DNA of 30,275 nucleotides from a virus (taxonomy: Duplodnaviria; Heunggongvirae; Uroviricota; Caudoviricetes), in the IMG/VR virus record IMGVR_UViG_3300031994_000015, positions 1-30,275 of that record; one strand, written 5' to 3'. Numbering within the stretch: position 1 is the stretch's first letter; every line of letters starts with the position of its first letter. The position numbers were made by a program, and so were the translations under genes. Shown here in pieces: positions 28,341-30,275 of the stretch. The notes under the pieces were generated by a model. It worked only from the letters and a program-made list of their open reading frames with translations, had not been told where the DNA came from and did not search any database.

Positions 28341-28520
28341 AAATAGTTGGGATGTAGGCTTGGAAGCAGCCATCATCTAAGGAACAAAAAGATATGATTA
28401 AAGTAAGTGGTTTAATAAACTCCGATGGTATGAATTTGGAAACGCGTCACCTTAATTGGGAACTGTCGGAAACGATTTTATCAATGAAATAACATTTGCG
28501 TAACAGCGCACCAACTATTT
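28341..28520 (+). ncRNA. 23S rRNA L11-binding domain (H43-H44, GTPase-associated centre) mimic with 112-nt insert
   Basis: GGATGTAGGCTTGGAAGCAGCCATCATCTAAGGAA...TGCGTAACAGCGCAC aligns to 23S nt ~1055-1104; closed by perfect 10-bp stem AAATAGTTGG/CCAACTATTT. Confidence 0.85.
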
Positions 28521-28523
28521 AAT

Positions 28524-28595
28524 GCCCCGCTAGTTCAATGGATAGAATAAGTGACTACGGATCATTTGATGAGCGTTCGAATCGTTCGTGGGGTA
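28524..28595 (+). tRNA. tRNA-Arg(ACG)
   Basis: Cloverleaf; anticodon arm AGTGA-CT ACG GA-TCATT; T loop TTCGAAT. Confidence 0.9.
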
Positions 28596-28615
28596 CAAAT
28601 TGAGAATGCCAAAAT

Positions 28616-28689
28616 ATTCTTGTAGTTTAATGGTAAAACGCTTGGGATCGATCATTGAAGAAATACGAGTTCGAATCTCGCGCAGGATA
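28616..28689 (+). other. degenerate tRNA-like element (possible TCG anticodon) nested in a larger stem
   Basis: Good D arm (GTTT-AATGGT-AAAAC) and T arm (CGAG-TTCGAAT-CTCG); imperfect acceptor and anticodon arms. Confidence 0.55.
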
Positions 28690-28834
28690 AAGTAGGTTAC
28701 TTGCAAGGTTCTCAATACTCCCATTGGAATAGTAAGTGTACAATTTCTATCTAATGGCCAAGTTAAATGGTTGTATGTATTGGGGTTGGTGCATACGTAA
28801 AATTAATTGATGTAAATCATACAGCAACCACCAT

Positions 28835-28909
28835 GGCCGTGTGGCTCGAAATGAATTAGGCACCTCTCTTCTAAAGAGGATGATGCGGGTTTGAATCCTG
28901 TCACGGTCA
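28835..28909 (+). tRNA. tRNA-Arg(UCU)
   Basis: Anticodon arm CCTCT-CT TCT AA-AGAGG; acceptor GGCCGTG/CACGGTC; atypical D loop and TTTGAAT T loop. Confidence 0.85.
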
Positions 28910-28912
28910 CAA

Positions 28913-29039
28913 AAACTAATACCTTAGTACGATCAATAAATTGGAATACTACGTAGTTAGCTAATCTTATAACGATACATAATAAAGAGTATTAAGCGGA
29001 GTATTTTGGGTGAAGAATCGGAATTCCCAATATTAGTTT
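28913..29039 (+). ncRNA. putative structured RNA with AGUA/GAA (sarcin-ricin/loop E-type) motif
   Basis: 9-bp closing stem AAACTAATA/TATTAGTTT fills the whole inter-tRNA gap; AGTA-CGAT...ATCG-GAA. Confidence 0.45.
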
Positions 29040-29045
29040 ATTTAT

Positions 29046-29228
29046 GGGGATGTAGCTCAGAACTTGGACAGAGCGCGATAAAACGAATGTCGTGGTGGAA
29101 AATGTCTTGAAGGAGAAATCCAGGAGTTAAGTTTGCGGAAGCACCGAAAATGATAGGAATATTAAGTAGGGAAGCGCGTTTTATGTACCACCTTAAACAT
29201 AGCGTGGGTTCGAATCCCATCATCCCTA
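29046..29228 (+). ncRNA. tRNA-like RNA with anticodon arm replaced by a ~130-nt domain
   Basis: Acceptor GGGGATG/CATCCCT, D arm GCTC/GAGC, T arm GTGGG-TTCGAAT-CCCAT; 129 nt between D and T arms. Confidence 0.75.
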
Positions 29229-29233
29229 CATAT

Positions 29234-29305
29234 GCTCTCATAGTTCAAAGGAAAGAATACGAGTTTCCTAAACTTGAGATGTAGGTTCGAATCCTACTGG
29301 GAGTA
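29234..29305 (+). tRNA. tRNA-Arg(CCU)
   Basis: Cloverleaf; anticodon arm CGAGT-TT CCT AA-ACTTG; T arm GTAGG-TTCGAAT-CCTAC. Confidence 0.9.
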
Positions 29306-29335
29306 CTGATTTATTAACTTAAAATTTGATAATAT

Positions 29336-29602
29336 ATGTCTGATAAAGATTTTTGGACTGAAGTTTATTTGCATGCTGTAAAAGAATGTATCACTAAACA
29401 TTGTGGAGATATAGATACATTAGAAAAATTTGAAGCTCAAAATGTAGATATTGATGAACATTTCGAATGTCATTGTGGATATCTTGCAGATATGGCATTA
29501 GAACATTTTAAAGAAAAAATGAAAGAATTTGCAGAAGATTCTAAAAAAGATATAAAGAAAAAGGAAGAAACTAAGAAAAGAAATAAAGAATCATTCAGAT
29601 AA
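29336..29602 (+). CDS. hypothetical protein
   Basis: 88-aa ORF. Confidence 0.75.
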   Translation: MSDKDFWTEVYLHAVKECITKHCGDIDTLEKFEAQNVDIDEHFECHCGYLADMALEHFKEKMKEFAEDSKKDIKKKEETKKRNKESFR

Positions 29603-29632
29603 GAAGTGGCAGAAATGCCACTTTTATTTTTT
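29603..29632 (+). terminator. intrinsic terminator closing the tRNA operon
   Basis: AAGTGGCA-GAAA-TGCCACTT plus T tract. Confidence 0.85.
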
Positions 29633-29652
29633 TAAATATTTCTATATAATAT

Positions 29653-29690
29653 TTGAAAAAATGAAATTATTTTCTATATTATATATGTAA
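29653..29690 (+). promoter_or_regulatory. repeated phage promoter motif
   Basis: TTGAAA-N14-TCTATATT-N5-TGTAA. Confidence 0.75.
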
Positions 29691-29703
29691 ATTAAATATA
29701 ATA

Positions 29704-30216
29704 ATGATGGTTACTTACGAAAAAACTTACAACGGTACAATAATGACCAAGAAAGATGGCTCACAGATTCAGAAGTATTTTAAGTTTCTTCCTGAAGATG
29801 TTGATAAGTTTATTGTCATCAAATGGAAGTATGAAGAGCACATGTTTTGGGGAAATATCCTAGGAACTAGACTTCGTGTTGGTAATCATGATCTGAATCC
29901 TATGAGTGATGATGAACTCTATGGAGTATATAAAATTGAATGGCATTCTGATTGGCAGAAGAATGAAAACAATATGAGATACAAGGTCAAACTTACTCCA
30001 GTAGGTGATTTTGGAGCATGGTGCCCTAATCGTTCTTGGTATACTTCAGATATGGAAAGCCATATCAATAAGACTTACAATCTATTTGAAGAGACTCCTA
30101 TGTTCGATAAATTTCAGGAAGCTGTAGAGTTTGCTATTAAAAAGAATGAAGAACTTTATCCTGATACTCGTTCGGATTTCAAAAAAATGTTTGATAAAAT
30201 TTTCAATAATAAGTAA
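29704..30216 (+). CDS. hypothetical protein
   Basis: 170-aa ORF after promoter. Confidence 0.8.
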   Translation: MMVTYEKTYNGTIMTKKDGSQIQKYFKFLPEDVDKFIVIKWKYEEHMFWGNILGTRLRVGNHDLNPMSDDELYGVYKIEWHSDWQKNENNMRYKVKLTPVGDFGAWCPNRSWYTSDMESHINKTYNLFEETPMFDKFQEAVEFAIKKNEELYPDTRSDFKKMFDKIFNNK

Positions 30217-30217
30217 T

Positions 30218-30275
30218 ATGAGCAAGACGGTAAAATTTGAAATTAAAGGAGTTGATATTACAAATATCCAGATTG
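30218..30275 (+). CDS. 5' end of hypothetical protein (partial)
   Basis: ATG 1 nt after upstream stop; open to window end. Confidence 0.55.
   Translation, partial: MSKTVKFEIKGVDITNIQI

Noticed and set aside
28341-28520. Genuine 23S rRNA gene or assembly chimera with host rRNA
   Set aside because: Similarity is limited to ~58 nt in two halves, with its own closing stem and compensatory changes, flanked by phage tRNAs
28746-28768. CTATCTAATGGCCAAGTTAAA loosely resembles a 23S rRNA domain II segment
   Set aside because: Short, gapped match without the downstream partner strand; probably chance
29046-29228. tmRNA or tRNA-Ala (5' GGGGATG)
   Set aside because: G3-C70 rather than G3-U70, a full D stem is present, it is too short, and no tag reading frame is recognisable
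28182-29241. Minus-strand ORFs 28182..28376, 28530..28724 and 29038..29241
   Set aside because: Antisense shadows of tRNA/ncRNA genes
1-30275. CRISPR array or mobile element
   Set aside because: No regularly spaced direct repeats, transposase or integrase seen

Overview
Very AT-rich, densely coding fragment of a large (jumbo/mega) tailed phage, most likely infecting Bacteroidetes. It resembles Lak-type Prevotella megaphages, but this is an inference from gene content, the Bacteroidetes-like IF-1 and L7/L12 sequences, and the absence of Shine-Dalgarno motifs. Most genes are short hypothetical ORFs on the + strand. Recognisable genes are IF-1, a beta-class DNA methyltransferase, two metallophosphoesterases, a T4 gp32-like SSB, a SEC-C protein, a PTP-like phosphatase, an L7/L12 N-terminal-domain protein, a DHH phosphoesterase, NrdD/NrdG, a Nudix hydrolase and a NadD-like adenylyltransferase. 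A few minus-strand genes look virion-related. The most striking region is 27.6-29.3 kb. There an Arg-rich leader peptide with terminator/antiterminator (classical attenuator geometry) lies upstream of an array whose five intact tRNAs are all tRNA-Arg. Structured non-tRNA RNAs are interleaved with the tRNAs: a covarying mimic of the 23S rRNA L11-binding (GTPase-associated centre) domain split by a 112-nt insert, a possible sarcin-ricin-like RNA, and a tRNA-like RNA whose anticodon arm is replaced by a ~130-nt domain. Together with the truncated L7/L12 and IF-1, this suggests a phage system that manipulates the ribosomal factor-binding centre and arginine decoding.
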